The notes: generated by a model from the letters alone, not told the origin. A stretch of DNA of 64,000 bases from Octopus vulgaris (GCA_951406725.2 OX597831.1:62558001-62622000); one strand, 5' to 3'. Positions 1 to 13,629 are shown, numbered from the stretch's first letter. Numbers and translations: made by a program.

Positions 1-361
1 GGATTTCAATATTTAGGATGACATTAATTAGCACAATTCCTTTGACGATATTACATCTCAGAAACCGGGATAATTCATTCTTAAACATTTATCAATTATA
101 AATATTTTTGGAAAAATCGTTGATGTATGTAAAGATTGTATTTCAATGAAACATACATTTTCTGTGAAAATAAATGTAAAAACAAAATTTAAAATTAAGC
201 ATAAAATGACGTTGAAATTATAGGTTATCAAATATTTTCTTTACATTGCGATATTTGCTATTAGTCGCAAAAATCACTAAAATATAACAAATTCTTTGTT
301 GCATGCACGGGAGATTTAAAGCCAAATAAATGTATTAAATGAAATTATTTCATTTCAAAGT

Positions 362-520
362 GGGCGTTGACACAGCTTTATGGTTAAGAGGTTCTATTCG
401 CAAGGAAGCAGTTTCCAGTTTTAGCCCATAGGGCAACACATTATGCAACTATTTTCAACCAAGCGTTCACGAAGACCTTGTACTATCTGGTACAAACGGA
501 ACACCGGTGTCACATGAAAC
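362..520 (+). mobile_element. Highly degraded SINE-A-like copy
   Basis: Residual tRNA-like head (ggcgttgacacagctttatggttaagagg) and body remnants colinear with intact copies at 3366 and 14032. Confidence 0.35.
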
Positions 521-1339
521 AAAAGACGTCCGTTTTCGAACTAATTTCCTTGGTATAATAATCTTGTAACGAGTTACACAAAGACTTCCTTGCCACTTTT
601 GCTGATTAAAACCCTTTGAAACAATGGTTGTCCAGTTAAAAACCCGAAAACAGAGCACGGTATAAGAAAAAAATATATCTAATTTTTTTCCCTGTTCAAA
701 AAGTAAAAACAAAAAGCGTTTCACACGCTGACCACAAACAAAAACCTATGATAACATGTTGCTATTATTGATGCATTTCTATTGTATTGGTTGCACAGCA
801 AAGGAAGCAGATGTTCTTTCATGCAGATAACAATCCTTTTTGCACATTATGTTTAACAATTGAGACTATTTGTATATTAACGGATTTCTGACTGATAAGA
901 AAGAAATTCAATGAATCAATAAGAATTCATTAAGAACGATCGCCCACTCACTGCTCACACACTCTATATAATTACTACCTTTCAAGGAAGAAAAGGGAAG
1001 GTGAATTCTTGTACAATTATTGATTCTTTTCGTTGGATTTCACTAATTTGTAATTACGAGGTTTACGTGATTGTATCTACATCGTACCTGACTGATACAC
1101 ATCTTAGCAAACCCGAACGAAACAATGTGATATCGAAAACAGTAATATATGACTTCGGATGTAAATACCCAAAGGCATGTAACGCGATATTACATCGATT
1201 CTGTTATCCCAACAACATATAATCAAGAAGCACCTGTAAAACCGAAAGACATTACCTCAAAATCCCTTAGTAAGCTAGTGTCGAATCACATATTTTTGAC
1301 ATCCTTGACTAACATGTTATTTTTTTCTAATTTATGATG

Positions 1340-1525
1340 GTCTCAGATTATGTCTCAAGGCCAGTAATTTCGTGGGAGGAGCTAAGTCAATTACAATGAC
1401 CCCAGCGTTCAGCTGGTACTTATTCTATCGACTTCGGCAGAATTTGAACTCAGAACATGAGGACGGACAAAGCGCCACTTTGCATTTAGCCCGGCGTACC
1501 AACAACTCTGCCAGGTCGGTGCCTT
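1340..1525 (-). mobile_element. SINE-B copy (tRNA head plus Meta/MESC-like core), internally deleted
   Basis: Reverse complement matches aaggcaccgacctggcagag...gttctgagttcaaattc...gatagaataagtaccag; diverged TSD tttctaa(t/c)tta..atg at ~1324 and ~1527. Confidence 0.7.
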
Positions 1526-2452
1526 GTTTCTAACTTACAATGAGAAGAAATAAGCAACAAAAACATATTCACAAGATATGGAAATTCCTTTGAGGATGTC
1601 ATTTAAACTCTATTGAATATGTCAATTTAAAAACTGTCGTTGTCTTAAATACTTCAGATGAGTTATTGGTGTTGCATATATTTCTGTGCCTTCTTAATCT
1701 TAATCTTTAGAGCATTTTGTGAGTGTATACAATATTTCATGCAATGCCAGGCAGTTCGAGCAACGAAATTCCATTTCTATTTAAATTGTACACTATCACA
1801 ATAGAAATAAAATTACAACCTCATCTACTTGGTCGTTTACATAATTCAGAACATTGTTTCCCCTATATTTTACGCATTCCTCGCATGTCTTTAAATGTAG
1901 GAATATGAATTCTAACGTTGATAAAAGTTGACTCTTCTCAAAGCTTATTGATGATTTAAATATTTCAAATTATTATATAACTGTAGAAATAACTATGGTA
2001 AATATAAACCATATACTGATTTTAAGATTCTTGATGGGAGCTCATATGGAAAGCTGACATGTTATTGATAAGGCCTCAAATGGCGATGGACGGACTTTGA
2101 TTAAAAAACAAATTGATTGTTTAACCAGCAGTTTAAACAAACGATCGATTAGTTAGTTTGTACCTGGTTAAAAATCTAACCAATCGAGTAATCATAAAGG
2201 AGAGAAACTGAACCAGTATGTGTGTTTACATGATTATTAGTGTAATGACCGTCCCTAAAATATTTAAAATGTGAACCCCTAGGTAAGATTAATATACTGA
2301 AACATTGTAATCTTAATGCTAAGGTTCAACTATGAGAATCAAATTCCATCTTATATAATGTCTTTTTAACTATTTGAGATTGCACAAGACAACGGAATAC
2401 AACTTCCCCAGTGCATTTTTTGCAAGGAAACTCTGGCATATGTTTCACTTAC

Positions 2453-2525
2453 CGAATCAGCAGGAATTGTTTTGGACTGAACTGGACTGGATATCTATCA
2501 TACGACAAGACCAATGGTTTCGCAA
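2453..2525 (-). other. Candidate spliced exon (73 nt), probably non-coding or UTR
   Basis: Minus strand: acceptor cctctcttttcttAG and donor GTaagt flank the segment; only one frame is open (AKPLVLSYDRYPVQFSPKQFLLI) and it is not recognised. Confidence 0.35.
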
Positions 2526-3365
2526 CTAAGAAAAGAGAGGCCAAAACTTTATCAAACTTCCACTTATGTCAATAGTGATATATACAACGGGGGAGCCATT
2601 ATCAGAAATGTATTTTATTCTCGGTGGATTCTGTAGTTGGTAACATAATCATATGAAAATAACTCTGAAAATTGAGTTGATATATTCGCGTGCTGTTTCC
2701 CCACCCCCTGTCAATCTCCGCCTAAAATCTGTTTAAAGAGAAAAACTTCTTGAGTAGGAAATCACCTATTTTAGAGCGAAATTGGATTTTCAATTTATAG
2801 TCATTATAGAAACGAAACAGAAGGGCACAAAAAATAACATGAAATTTTCCATTTACGTAATATGGTGAATGACAAGCAGTTTAACAAAAAGAAGATAAAT
2901 TTAAATATAGCAAAATTACAAGAAATAAAATATATAATCTTTGTGATTTTTTTTTTCTATTTATGGTAAATCTCATGTTAATTACTTTTGAGGGGAGCTA
3001 GCTAATTGAAATCCTAGCAAACAAAGTGCTAATATCTTACATTACTTGGTTTGCAGTATCTCGGTTAAGAAGTGAATTTCTAGTGAAACAGAGATTACTC
3101 AGCGTAAACTTGGTTCAAATATAACTAGATATACATTCCGTTCACGAATCATTCAGATGTAATGTTTGTGTGGGATTACCATTTGCAGATTTATGTACAT
3201 TCTGAAGTACCACAGCACAATGACAGTAATGTTATTTGAGCTTACAAAATTGTTCAATATCAATATTTTATTTTTACGTCTATTGTGTTCTCATAGAAAA
3301 TTGCTTCCTCAGTTGTACAATCGATATATTCTCAACCGAAACAAAATATTTTTTTCTTAAATATA

Positions 3366-3530
3366 GGCGCAGGAGTGGCTGTGTGGTAAGTAGCTTGCTA
3401 ACCAGCCACATGGTTCCGGGTTCAGTCCCACTGCGTGGCATCTTGGCCAAGTGTCTTCTGCTATAGCCCCGGGCCGACCAATGCTTTGTGAGTGGATTTG
3501 GTAGACGGAAACTGAAAGAAGCCTGTCGTA

Positions 3531-3573
<43 letters not shown>

Positions 3574-3790
3574 TTGTGTGTCTGTGTTTGTCCCCCTAGC
3601 ATTGCTTGACAACCGATGCTGGTGCGTTTACGTCCCCATCACTTAGCAGTTCGGCAAAAGAGACCGATAGAACAAGTACTGGGCTTACAAAGAATAAGTC
3701 CCGGGGTCGATTTGCTCGACTAAAAGGCGGTGCTCCAACATGGCCGCAGTCAAATGACTGAAACAAGTAAAAACAGTAAAAGAGTAAAAG
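3366..3790 (+). mobile_element. SINE-A full-length copy (tRNA head, CORE-like segment, internal (TA)n(TG)n)
   Basis: A box tggctgtgtgg, B box ggttcagtcc, CORE-like catcttggccaagtg, internal microsatellite, (gtaaaa)-type tail; near identical to copies at 14032, 49859 and 55932. Confidence 0.9.
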
Positions 3791-5403
3791 AAATATATAA
3801 ATACTATTCTGGATCAACATCATTGAGATTGGTCATTTCTCAATATTTCAAAACTGTTTTAGATGTATCTTTTATTATTACAGAACAACAAACATCGGGT
3901 TAAACTGGCTTAATGTACTGGAATGCATAGTTGTTATGTACGCAAATAATGAAAATTCCATTTCTACACTTGATTTCCTGTAAAATATTGAAATGATTAA
4001 ATAATACTTTCCAATTATAATCTGGAAAAATTCAATTAATTATATGCAGTCATTATATAATTCTGAGTCGGATATATTTTAAATTCATTTATTTTTATAA
4101 TTAAGAGTAGTAAATTGTCTAACGGTTTTTAATGGAGTAGATTTGGTTTTACTGTGTTTGAATTGGACAATGGCGCCTTTGCACTATATAATTTGTCTGT
4201 CTAAAATGACTTGTATACTTCGTCCTAGGAATGGTTCATATCCAGTTCTTAACTATCAATCCCAACACTCTACAAGTTTAATATTATGACCTGATTTTTG
4301 AGTACCGTCACCAGTGTCATCTCTGTTGGAGAGACGACTGAGTTCTGGGAGTAACCTCTTCCGTGCATTCCACTAGCTTAGAGGGTTCCGGAAGCGACCA
4401 TAGTTCCGTCACTTACTCCACTAACTATTTTATTTTATAAGAAACCGATGTGAGATTGTTATGTGAAATAGCGCAAGCTCCGTATTTGTGAAGAGTATGT
4501 TGTTTAATCTCTCCAGGCACGTGGGTGGTCATTCTTCTATAGATTTCTTAAAGATAAAGGTAAAGTCAATCCAATCTAATTTGAACTGTTAAACTAATAT
4601 ATCGCAGTATATTTTGTTCATTTTTCTACTGTCTATCTCCGTCGATTTCTCCCGCTGGGCACCTTCACGCCTTATTTGCAATCATTTTTAAAATTTCCCT
4701 TTAGCGTTTACTAAAGAGAGTAGAGAATGGAATTTTGAGATTGTTAAGAGAACATTTATTTTTTTACCTCTTAACTGTAGCCAATTCTCAGAGAGAAAGA
4801 CAGAATGAATGGGAAGTGGATCAGCTCCTTGTGATATCCATAAACGATAAAGTAGTGCCTCGGTGATATTTTACTACGTAACGCAGACCGGATCACATTC
4901 AAAATGTTATTCAACAATGGCAAAATTCTCTCATACGAAACATTACGTTTTTCGTTTCAAAAGCGTTTTTATAACTATTTGCCTCTGAAAATTCTAGAAC
5001 GGATTTCAGAATGCAGGGCTGGGAAATGCACCCCCTTGAATAGAATATATTCATTCTGCTTGATTAACGGGTTACCTTAGTTTGCTTGCCACACAATTCG
5101 GCGGCTTAGGAATGTTATGCGTTATGTAGGAGGTATTCCATCCAAGTTTCGTGGATCGCTATCTCAACAGCTCCTTTATAGGATCCAGTGGCTAAGGATA
5201 TCATCAAGTGCAACAACGTACGGTTTCGGTCCCTACTACTCCACCGTTTTAGATGTGCCCCCCGCCCTCTCGAAGGTGTCTTCAGGTCTGGTATTGAGTG
5301 CATTTTTTTCTGTTTCCTTCGCCTTTCGTTCTTTGGTTTCTTCGATACAGTGTCAATGAATATCAGTGAGCAAATGACCATGCTGCCAAATTACCCCTAA
5401 AAT

Positions 5404-5475
5404 ACTCACCGGTATGCTCAAGCAGCCAGCGCCATCTAACTGTCACGTAAAACAATCTAAGTTCAACTGACCAAT
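5404..5475 (-). promoter_or_regulatory. Candidate Pol II promoter and first-exon donor
   Basis: CCAAT at 5471-5475, tgtcacgt at 5441-5448, YY1-like cgccatct at 5430-5437, minus-strand donor GTGAGT at 5409-5404. Confidence 0.3.
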
Positions 5476-6435
5476 AGAGGGGAATGGCGTGTAGTTTTGG
5501 CCCGAGCTCTCTCTAGACCTACCTTCAAACAAAGTCGTGTTAGTTTCGGTTCCAGCAGCCAGAGCTGACTATCTGTCTGATGGTACAGGCCTTCGAACAA
5601 TATGTGTATGTGTGTGTGTATGCGTATAAGTGTGTGTATGTATGTATATTTAATCCTAGAAAAGATAACAAAAGCATACCATGCTTCAGAATAGAAAAGT
5701 TATGAAACGCATTCATGGAAACAGCGGTGCAGTCCATCATGTCTCAAAAAGCTACAGGTTGTTATAGTTTGAATTTGGAGACACCATGACATATTAATAT
5801 ATATATACAGTCTATCATATTTAGTGGACAAAATCAATAGAAGCAAAATCATCATCAAAAGTAGAGAAGATAATAAAGACATACGACCAAATTTCATAAA
5901 TAGAATATTTAGACATAGAGGAGAAATTACTTCGTGCACCGGTTTATCAAAAGACCTAAGGTTATCATGAGTATGCAAGATAAAATACAAGAAGCTGTGA
6001 TGTTTAAATAGTTTATTTCAAAGTAGTAAAATCCCTTCAAAGTGGAGAGTAAGTCCAAGATTAAAAGTAAATATATCAAACGTCGAATCACATCCACATA
6101 AATAACAATGCAATTAAACTAAGTAGAATGAATCAGACATTCAGCAAAAGTATATTAGAAAGCTTCAGTATAGTCATTCGAACAGTGAGAAACACTACAG
6201 AAATTTTCTTGAAATAGTAAATATACCATGAAATCAAAGAGTTGATGTTGTCACAAATAGGATGTTTTGTGCTCAAATGTTTTCTCTGTCGGCGTTCATA
6301 TTTGGTCACAAAGCATCAACGAGTAAAGTGTTGTCATAAAGGAGTTCGATAATCAAATGTGAAGCCTAAAATTTCTTCGAATCTAAATTTCAGATGGTGG
6401 ATGTGTATGTGTGTGTGTGCGCGTGCATGTGGGGC

Positions 6436-6588
6436 TCAGATAGTCGATTATATCTCATTTAGCGACCCCCGAAAAGCTGATGGATAAAGTTGACCCCAGC
6501 GAAATTCGGACTGAGAACGTAAAGCCGAAAGAAATAGCGCCGATCACTTTGTCCGGTATGCTAAGGATTCTGCCCGATCTCCCTGCCT
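6436..6588 (-). mobile_element. Degraded SINE-B copy
   Basis: Reverse complement: aaggcaggg...ggcagaatccttagcataccgg...ttacgttctcagtccgaatttcgctggggtcaacttt...ttcgggggtcg. Confidence 0.6.
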
Positions 6589-8710
6589 TTATATTCATAT
6601 TTCATATTTGTATATTTCACTTCCTTCGTTTTCATTTGATATTCTAAGAAAGGGAAAAATGTATTTCTCTTTTAGCTGTAAGTCCCCGTGTTTTATTCTT
6701 GCATTATTTGTTTCAAATTAAGGCTGTCAGGGAAAAATTCCTTCTGGCACTTTTTTTTTCTTAAAGGTAAATGAGCTGGTAGAATCTTTCGCACACTAGA
6801 CAAAATGCCTACGGGTTCATCGTGCAAAGACGGAGCATTTTTTCGACAGTCACCACGGAAGCGTTACTGAGGTATTTGAATGCTCTTCAATGGAGATTTT
6901 CTGCAGATATGTCAGGAACATTTCTTCTTCAGAACATATATTCAAGCTATTCCTGTCATCGTACAATGAGTTGTATGCTTCATTGAAAAGAAGCGTAATG
7001 TGACAAAAACATGTCCGATGTTTCTTTTACTTGCTAGAATAATGGTGATTATATTTCTCCATCTCATGCTTTTTCTAGTTTTTCTGTTTTTCAGATATTT
7101 CAGAATCGATCTGTTTTTCAGATTTCCCGAACATGCCACCCATAAACAGAAGATGGTTCAATGATAGGCCTTTCTTCCCACGTCGGTAATCCACCTTTAC
7201 TTTCCTAAGTGTCATAGTTATGGTGCAAATACAAACAGAAACGTAGAAAACGAGTCACCTTGGAAGATTATTGAATATTTAATCAAATCTGCTTAGTCTC
7301 ACCTGATGCAGTACTAGCCGTACCCACACTACCATGTAATAATCTCATACTTTCCTAAAGCTCAGGGTTGAAACCAACCCTATTTCCTCAGTCTAAATTT
7401 TAATACACGTGTATATAATTACATAATGATTTCGGTTTTGCTTTAATACATCACTTTCTTTTGTTATCAACCATAATTGAACTCCTTCAATCTTTCATTC
7501 GAATTAATTCACTTGTCTTGCACTTATTCTTATTCCTTGCTACAAGTATTTGTGTATGTTTGCGTTTTCAACGTATTACCGGTAAAATTACCAGAGCTCA
7601 ATTTGCAAAAATTAAAAGAAAAACACTTAAGATCACATAAGTCTTAAGAAAAGGTTATATAGAACCACCTGTCAGCGACATTGCTCACTTTGAATTGAAA
7701 AGCTCCAGCCGTGATCACTTTATGTCAATCACGCTGAGCAGCTTATGAATTTCTTCGCAATGTTCTATATACTAGTATACTAGTACTCCAACCAGCGGGA
7801 AATGGTAGAGGGGTTTTCTTAACAAAATCTCTCATCGTGTTTGTATATAGCTTTATATATTTCCCACAATATAAACTATTTCTATAGACAATTGAGATAA
7901 CCTACACAGCATATGCCTGCAGCCGCAAAAACCATGTATTCAATAGTAATCCCAGAGAAAGACATCTCATTTCTGGAACCTACTTCAGATGTCAAGATAA
8001 CATTCTATTTCTGCTGTTCTTAGTCCGAATGTTTTGTTTGTTCATACATAGAATTCATCTCGCCTTGGGTCTCATCGTCTTCACCTAAATTCTTCCAATC
8101 GCAGCTTAGTAGCTTACAGTTAATCTGGGTTAAATTATATATTCTTTCTTTATAACATCGCCTATTGCCCCAATGCATTTAAAATTAAACCTAGCATTAG
8201 CAAATTCTCTTTTCTTTCCCTATATCCATATTTATACACTTTATCACTCTCAATCATTTTGTCGCCGAGATGGTTGTTTAATTACATCTCGTTATCTATC
8301 ACCTAAGGGCAATATGATTGTTTCTTCAACTCTAATCTCATATTCGTCCAGCAATTAAAAAAATGTGTTGCTCCTATTTACGCCAGAAGCGTAGGAAAAG
8401 ATAAAAAAGAATTTAGGTATTAGTCACACATGTAAGATTAAAGGATATGCTTGCAACTTAAATGCACATGTTCTGGAAAAGAAATAAGCCTAACATATCT
8501 GCACCTGCAAAAGCTCTCTCATGAAGAACTTTCAGCTACCACAGCGACGCCTTTGTGATGACCGTCGAAAAAAATCACTTTTTCGAATGTAAACCATAAA
8601 GATTTTGTGACGTACTGCGCGTAAGACTACATTTTTCTTGAATTCGTTGAGGACAACTTGCTGTCTTTGATACATATCACCAGTAAAGGACAGGAAGTAT
8701 TATTATTATT

Positions 8711-8996
8711 ATATGTTTGACTTTTGCTTTATGTCTGTACAAGTTGGCTCCAAGTCTCACCCAGAGACCTCAAGAGGCAACAAGTTGGAAGTTCTGTGCC
8801 ATATATTTGGGGGTTTTTTTGTGTTTTTTTTGTGTTGTACTAGTGAATGTCTAATACATAAAAAAAATAAATAAAAAAAAGTTTGTTTTAAACCTTGGGA
8901 TTACATAGAGAGTATTTTGCGTAGGATATAAGCAGTTCCCATGAGCACTATCTTTTGAATTTCTGCCATTTTGGGGTTTCCTGGTATCTGAGTTAG

Positions 8997-8998
<2 letters not shown>
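8711..8998 (-). mobile_element. R4/Dong-like non-LTR retrotransposon 3' fragment
   Basis: Minus strand encodes LTQIPGNPKMAEIQKIVLMGTAYILRKILSM* (stop at 8903-8901), typical R4-clade C-terminus, then a 3' UTR ending in (TAA)n. Confidence 0.8.
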
Positions 8999-9200
<202 letters not shown>

Positions 9201-9330
9201 CTATGTTTGACTTTTGCTTTATATTTGCACAAGCTGGCTCCAAGTCTCACCCAGAGACTTTGGAAGTTCGTGTTGGTGTTATGCCTAGGGTGCCATATAT
9301 TTGGTTTTGTACTTAGTGTTGTACTAGGTT
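9201..9330 (-). mobile_element. R4/Dong-like 3' UTR fragment (same family as 8711-8998)
   Basis: atgtttgacttttgctttat...ggctccaagtctcacccagagac is shared with 8713-8770. Confidence 0.75.
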
Positions 9331-9351
9331 TATTATTATTATTACTATTAC

Positions 9352-9400
<49 letters not shown>

Positions 9401-9478
9401 TTTATTTTTATCTTTATTATTATTATTATTATTATTACTATTATTATTATTGTTTTTGTTGTTGTTGTTGTTGTTGTT
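9331..9478. repeat. (ATT)n/(GTT)n microsatellite
   Basis: Direct observation. Confidence 0.95.
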
Positions 9479-9539
9479 AAATGAGAGAGTAGTGCATGCC
9501 CGACACCCAGTACTGTTCATCACTAGCCCCATCACCACT

Positions 9540-10135
9540 TTTATATTTCGTCATCTGATAATTTCAAGCAACTTTCTATTGCACCATTTGTTGCACCTTT
9601 GTGCAGTTAGTTTGGTGTGCGCTGAAGTTAATGTTTTGGGTGGGATATCGTATTGCATCAGTATGTTTTGTTATGGGGTTTGGTGTGAGTCTTCTGTTGT
9701 TTTTGTGTTGTGCGTTGTTTGTGCAACGCAGATTGTATTCTTCTGTCGGGTATCGGCCTCCTATGGCACATGTGGGTTTTGTTCATTTTGTTGCGTATTT
9801 ACGGTATGGGTTTATTACGGTATGATTTTGGAGGGATGTTGCATACTAGTGAGTGTAAATCATAGATAAACCATTTCATAGTATTTATGGTTATCTGTCC
9901 ACTGTTCTTATTCATTTGTTTGGTTTTGTTATTGGTTCCTTTTTCCAGCTTTTACTTATTTAACTCAATACTGCCCATGGATGTGTTTCTTTCGTAGTTA
10001 TAATTATTATTCATGTATCATTGAGAGATCGAGAATAAATAGCAATGTGCATGTATAGAGAGAGGTCTACTATAAATATGACTCACAGGTTTGCAGTTTT
10101 CATATAGAAATATTGCAGTGTTTACATTTTTGCTC
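9540..10135 (-). mobile_element. Possible degraded N-terminal part of an R4-like ORF
   Basis: Minus-strand peptides QWTDN..., KLTAQRCN and LKLSDDEI resemble the R4/Dong N-terminal pattern; heavily disrupted. Confidence 0.3.
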
Positions 10136-10177
10136 ACATGTTGCTGTGGCGGTGCATCTGGATTAAGCTATATCTTG

Positions 10178-10228
<51 letters not shown>

Positions 10229-10349
10229 TCTAAACAAGAAAAATATTGCACTTTCCTGAGATGGCTTACTTTAAGACAGTTTTCTTTCATCGTTTCATTG
10301 TTTTTGCAGATTCTTAACTCCTGCTTCGTGATGGTTTCAGATTTGGTTC

Positions 10350-10660
<311 letters not shown>

Positions 10661-10675
10661 TTTATTTATTTATTT

Positions 10676-10925
10676 GACTCAGGTTGGGTCTCATCCATAG
10701 TAGCATTTATGTGTGTAGCGTATTACTACCTGTAACATTAGGTATCTACAAGATTTCAATAGACTTTCAAGCGCTTAGAGCACTCCTGATAATTTTCCCT
10801 GTCCCCAAGAGGCAAACCTTCTGTAGAAGCTCTACAAGACATTCTGTTTCAATGTCTTTCAGCCTTTTGTGATTATCTTTGTTTACAGTTTCCAATGCAG
10901 CAATTATTATAGGCACAACCTTTAC
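10676..10925 (-). mobile_element. R4/Dong-like 3' fragment, second family
   Basis: Minus strand encodes VKVVPIIIAALETVNKDNHKRLKDIETECLVELLQKVCLLGTGKIIRSALSA*. Confidence 0.8.
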
Positions 10926-10954
10926 AGTTTCCATTATAACGACAACCTTTACAG

Positions 10955-11030
<76 letters not shown>

Positions 11031-11033
<3 letters not shown>

Positions 11034-11173
11034 TAGTTTTATTTTTATAGTGTGCTTTCACTTCACTACCGAGCGCAGCTCTGTGTGCCTTGGGTATGTT
11101 CTGTGATCTGTTGTGATGCTCTGATGGTTACTGTATTGAAAATGTTTTGCGTAGGATGTGAGCAGTGCCTAGT
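11031..11173 (-). mobile_element. R4/Dong-like 3' fragment, third family
   Basis: Minus strand encodes LGTAHILRKTFSIQ* plus a distinct 3' UTR running into (TAA)n at 10957-11030. Confidence 0.75.
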
Positions 11174-11177
11174 TGTT

Positions 11178-11201
11178 AATATTATTATTATTATTATTAT
11201 T

Positions 11202-11232
<31 letters not shown>

Positions 11233-11328
11233 CTGTTGTTGTTGTTGTTGTTGTCGTTGTTGTTGCTGTTGTTGTTGTTGTTATTGTTCTCATCATCAAC
11301 ATTATCATTATCATTATCATCGTCGTCG

Positions 11329-11361
<33 letters not shown>

Positions 11362-11365
11362 ATAA
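11178..11365. repeat. Compound (ATT)n/(GTT)n/(CAT)n microsatellite
   Basis: Direct observation. Confidence 0.95.
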
Positions 11366-12100
11366 TTTGAAGTTGAAGGAAAAGAGGGAAAACGAGAAGT
11401 ACAAAAAGGAGAAGCAAAAGAATTTGATAGTATGCATCGTGAGAAAGAACAAGATGGAATACAAAGGGCCATAAAGCAGGGGAAGATAGATAGAAAGGAA
11501 AAAAAAATTGAAAGTGAAGAATAATTTTTCGACACTCACGGTGATAATTATGATCTGTTTTCAAAGAACATCTGTTGCAAAATGTGTTTCTATTGATTAA
11601 AATGACATGACAATCCGAGATAGGTTCTGATGAAAGGCATCACCATTTAGAACCCTGGAGATACTTGTAATTAATATTCTGCTACAGACATTTTCAATTT
11701 ATTCCCTTCCTAACAAGTCTTCGTAGCTGTTACAAACCATCACCGAATTTCAATATTCCTTCAGGGAACAACAGTTCAAAATTATCTCACTTAAATCTAA
11801 AAAAAATTGATATGCATACTTGCAAATGTTGAAGAGTTTCATCAATAAGCGAATCACGTGTTTGTCTGTGTTTATGGGTGTCGGGGCTGATCTCTACATA
11901 CTGGAATGCTCATGTGTAAATCTTCCACTGGCACGCATATATACTTATATATATATGTGTGAGTTGCAGAGAGGGTTGTCTGTGGAGTCATATTTTGACG
12001 CGAAAAGAAATTTGGCTGCTATTTCTAAATATTTTGGTATGTGGTAAAGGAACTTGTTGCTAAGCCCTTAATTATTGTTATAATTATATATAACTTCTTG

Positions 12101-12152
<52 letters not shown>

Positions 12153-12159
12153 TGTGTGT

Positions 12160-12200
<41 letters not shown>

Positions 12201-12434
12201 TGTGTGTGTGTAGTAAATTCCCCCAAAACAAAATGAAGAACAAATACAAGAAGAAAACAACAACTTGAGGACATCGCACATGGTAAGTATTAGCAGACGA
12301 ATAAGAGGGAGGTGAATTTCGATTATTACCACGTGCAGAGTTGTGATGCAAACGATATATATGTATAAAATAAAAGAAGGGAAATAGACGCAGTTTACAT
12401 AATTTTAATATATTTGTTAATATATTTCATAATT

Positions 12435-12829
12435 AAGACAGTGTGATGGCAGAAATGTTAGCACGCCGGGCAAATTGCTCAGCTGTATTTCGTCTGCCGC
12501 TACGTTCTGAGTTCAAATTCCGCCGAGGTCGACTTTGCCTTTCATCCTTTCGGGGTCGATTAAATAAGTGCCAGTTACGCACTGGGGTCGATATAATCGA
12601 CTTAATCCATTTGTCTTTGTTTGTTTGTCCCCTCTGTGTTTAGCCCCTTGTGGGTAGTAAAAAAATAGGTATTTCTTCTGTCTTTACGTTCTTAGTTCAA
12701 ATTCCACCGAGGTCTACTTTGCCTTTCATCTTTTTGGGTCGATAAATTAAGTACCAGTTGCGTACTGGGGTCGATCCTATAGACTGGCCCCTTCCCCCAA
12801 AATTTGGCCCTTGTGCCTAGAAGAAAAAG
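12435..12829 (+). mobile_element. Dimeric SINE-B (Meta/MESC-like core repeated twice, two different tails)
   Basis: Two copies of gttcaaattcc.ccgaggtc.actttgcctttcatc...ggtcgat; flanked by aatatatttcataatt (12419-12434) and aatatattttataagt (12830-12845). Confidence 0.85.
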
Positions 12830-13286
12830 AATATATTTTATAAGTGAAATACTATTGTGTTTGTCGATTGATTTCGCTAATCATGACATTGAAACTATCG
12901 TAGTTTCATATTTTCTAAAGAAGATTTTAGTCTATGTTCTTAAAAGAAAGTTTGTGAATGGATAAACAAGTAGAAAATATAAGGGGAGGTAATTGGCGAT
13001 CGCTATTATTCGGGACAGTGGAGTAAATTGTTCATGTGGGGGATAAACATATATACAATAACTCTAAAGCTAAAGGTAGTGAGATGAAAATTGTACAGTG
13101 ATGGATATGTGATCATGAATTAAAAGATATATTGAGACCAAAGTTTAGTTAGTCATTTATATTTAGACGCGTTCTGTACTTTTCGATACATAAATTTTCT
13201 TTATTTAAATGTTTTTGTACAGAAATTGTTTTTTTGCACTGGTAGATGGGGAAAACTGAGAAATTTGTTTCGATATTACCTGCACA

Positions 13287-13354
<68 letters not shown>

Positions 13355-13481
13355 CCTCTCTCTTCACTCAAAGGGATCTGGATGTACTTTGGGAAAAGGA
13401 TCTGTTCCTTGTGTGGTGTGGTTCTCTGTTTAAGTGCCATATTTTTCTGTCCTGTAGTGTCCACAACCTGAGCAAGTTATA

Positions 13482-13629
13482 ACGGGCTTCTTTCAGTTTA
13501 CGTCTGCCAAAGCTCCACTCACAAAGCTTTAGTGAAAGACACTTACCCCAAGGTTCCACGCAGTGGGACTGAACCCAGAACCATGTGGCTGGTAATCAAG
13601 CTACTTTCCACAAAGTCACTCCTGCACCT
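13482..13629 (-). mobile_element. SINE-A 5' half
   Basis: Reverse complement aggtgcaggagtgac...ggttcagtcccactgcgtgg...aactgaaagaagcccgt. Confidence 0.8.

Noticed and set aside
3366-3440. SINE heads as functional tRNA genes
   Set aside because: They have A/B boxes but lack a closed acceptor stem and run directly into SINE bodies.
3280-3612. Recurrent ORF RQASFSFRLPNPLT...SGTEPGTMWLV (also at 14027, 49854, 55920)
   Set aside because: Antisense translation of SINE-A; the similarity reflects repeat copies, not a protein family.
5211-5290. Minus-strand CTGAAGA...GAAAC-cgtac-GTT hammerhead-like core
   Set aside because: Core words are present but stem II closing pairs and stem I are poor; cannot be supported without a covariance-model search.
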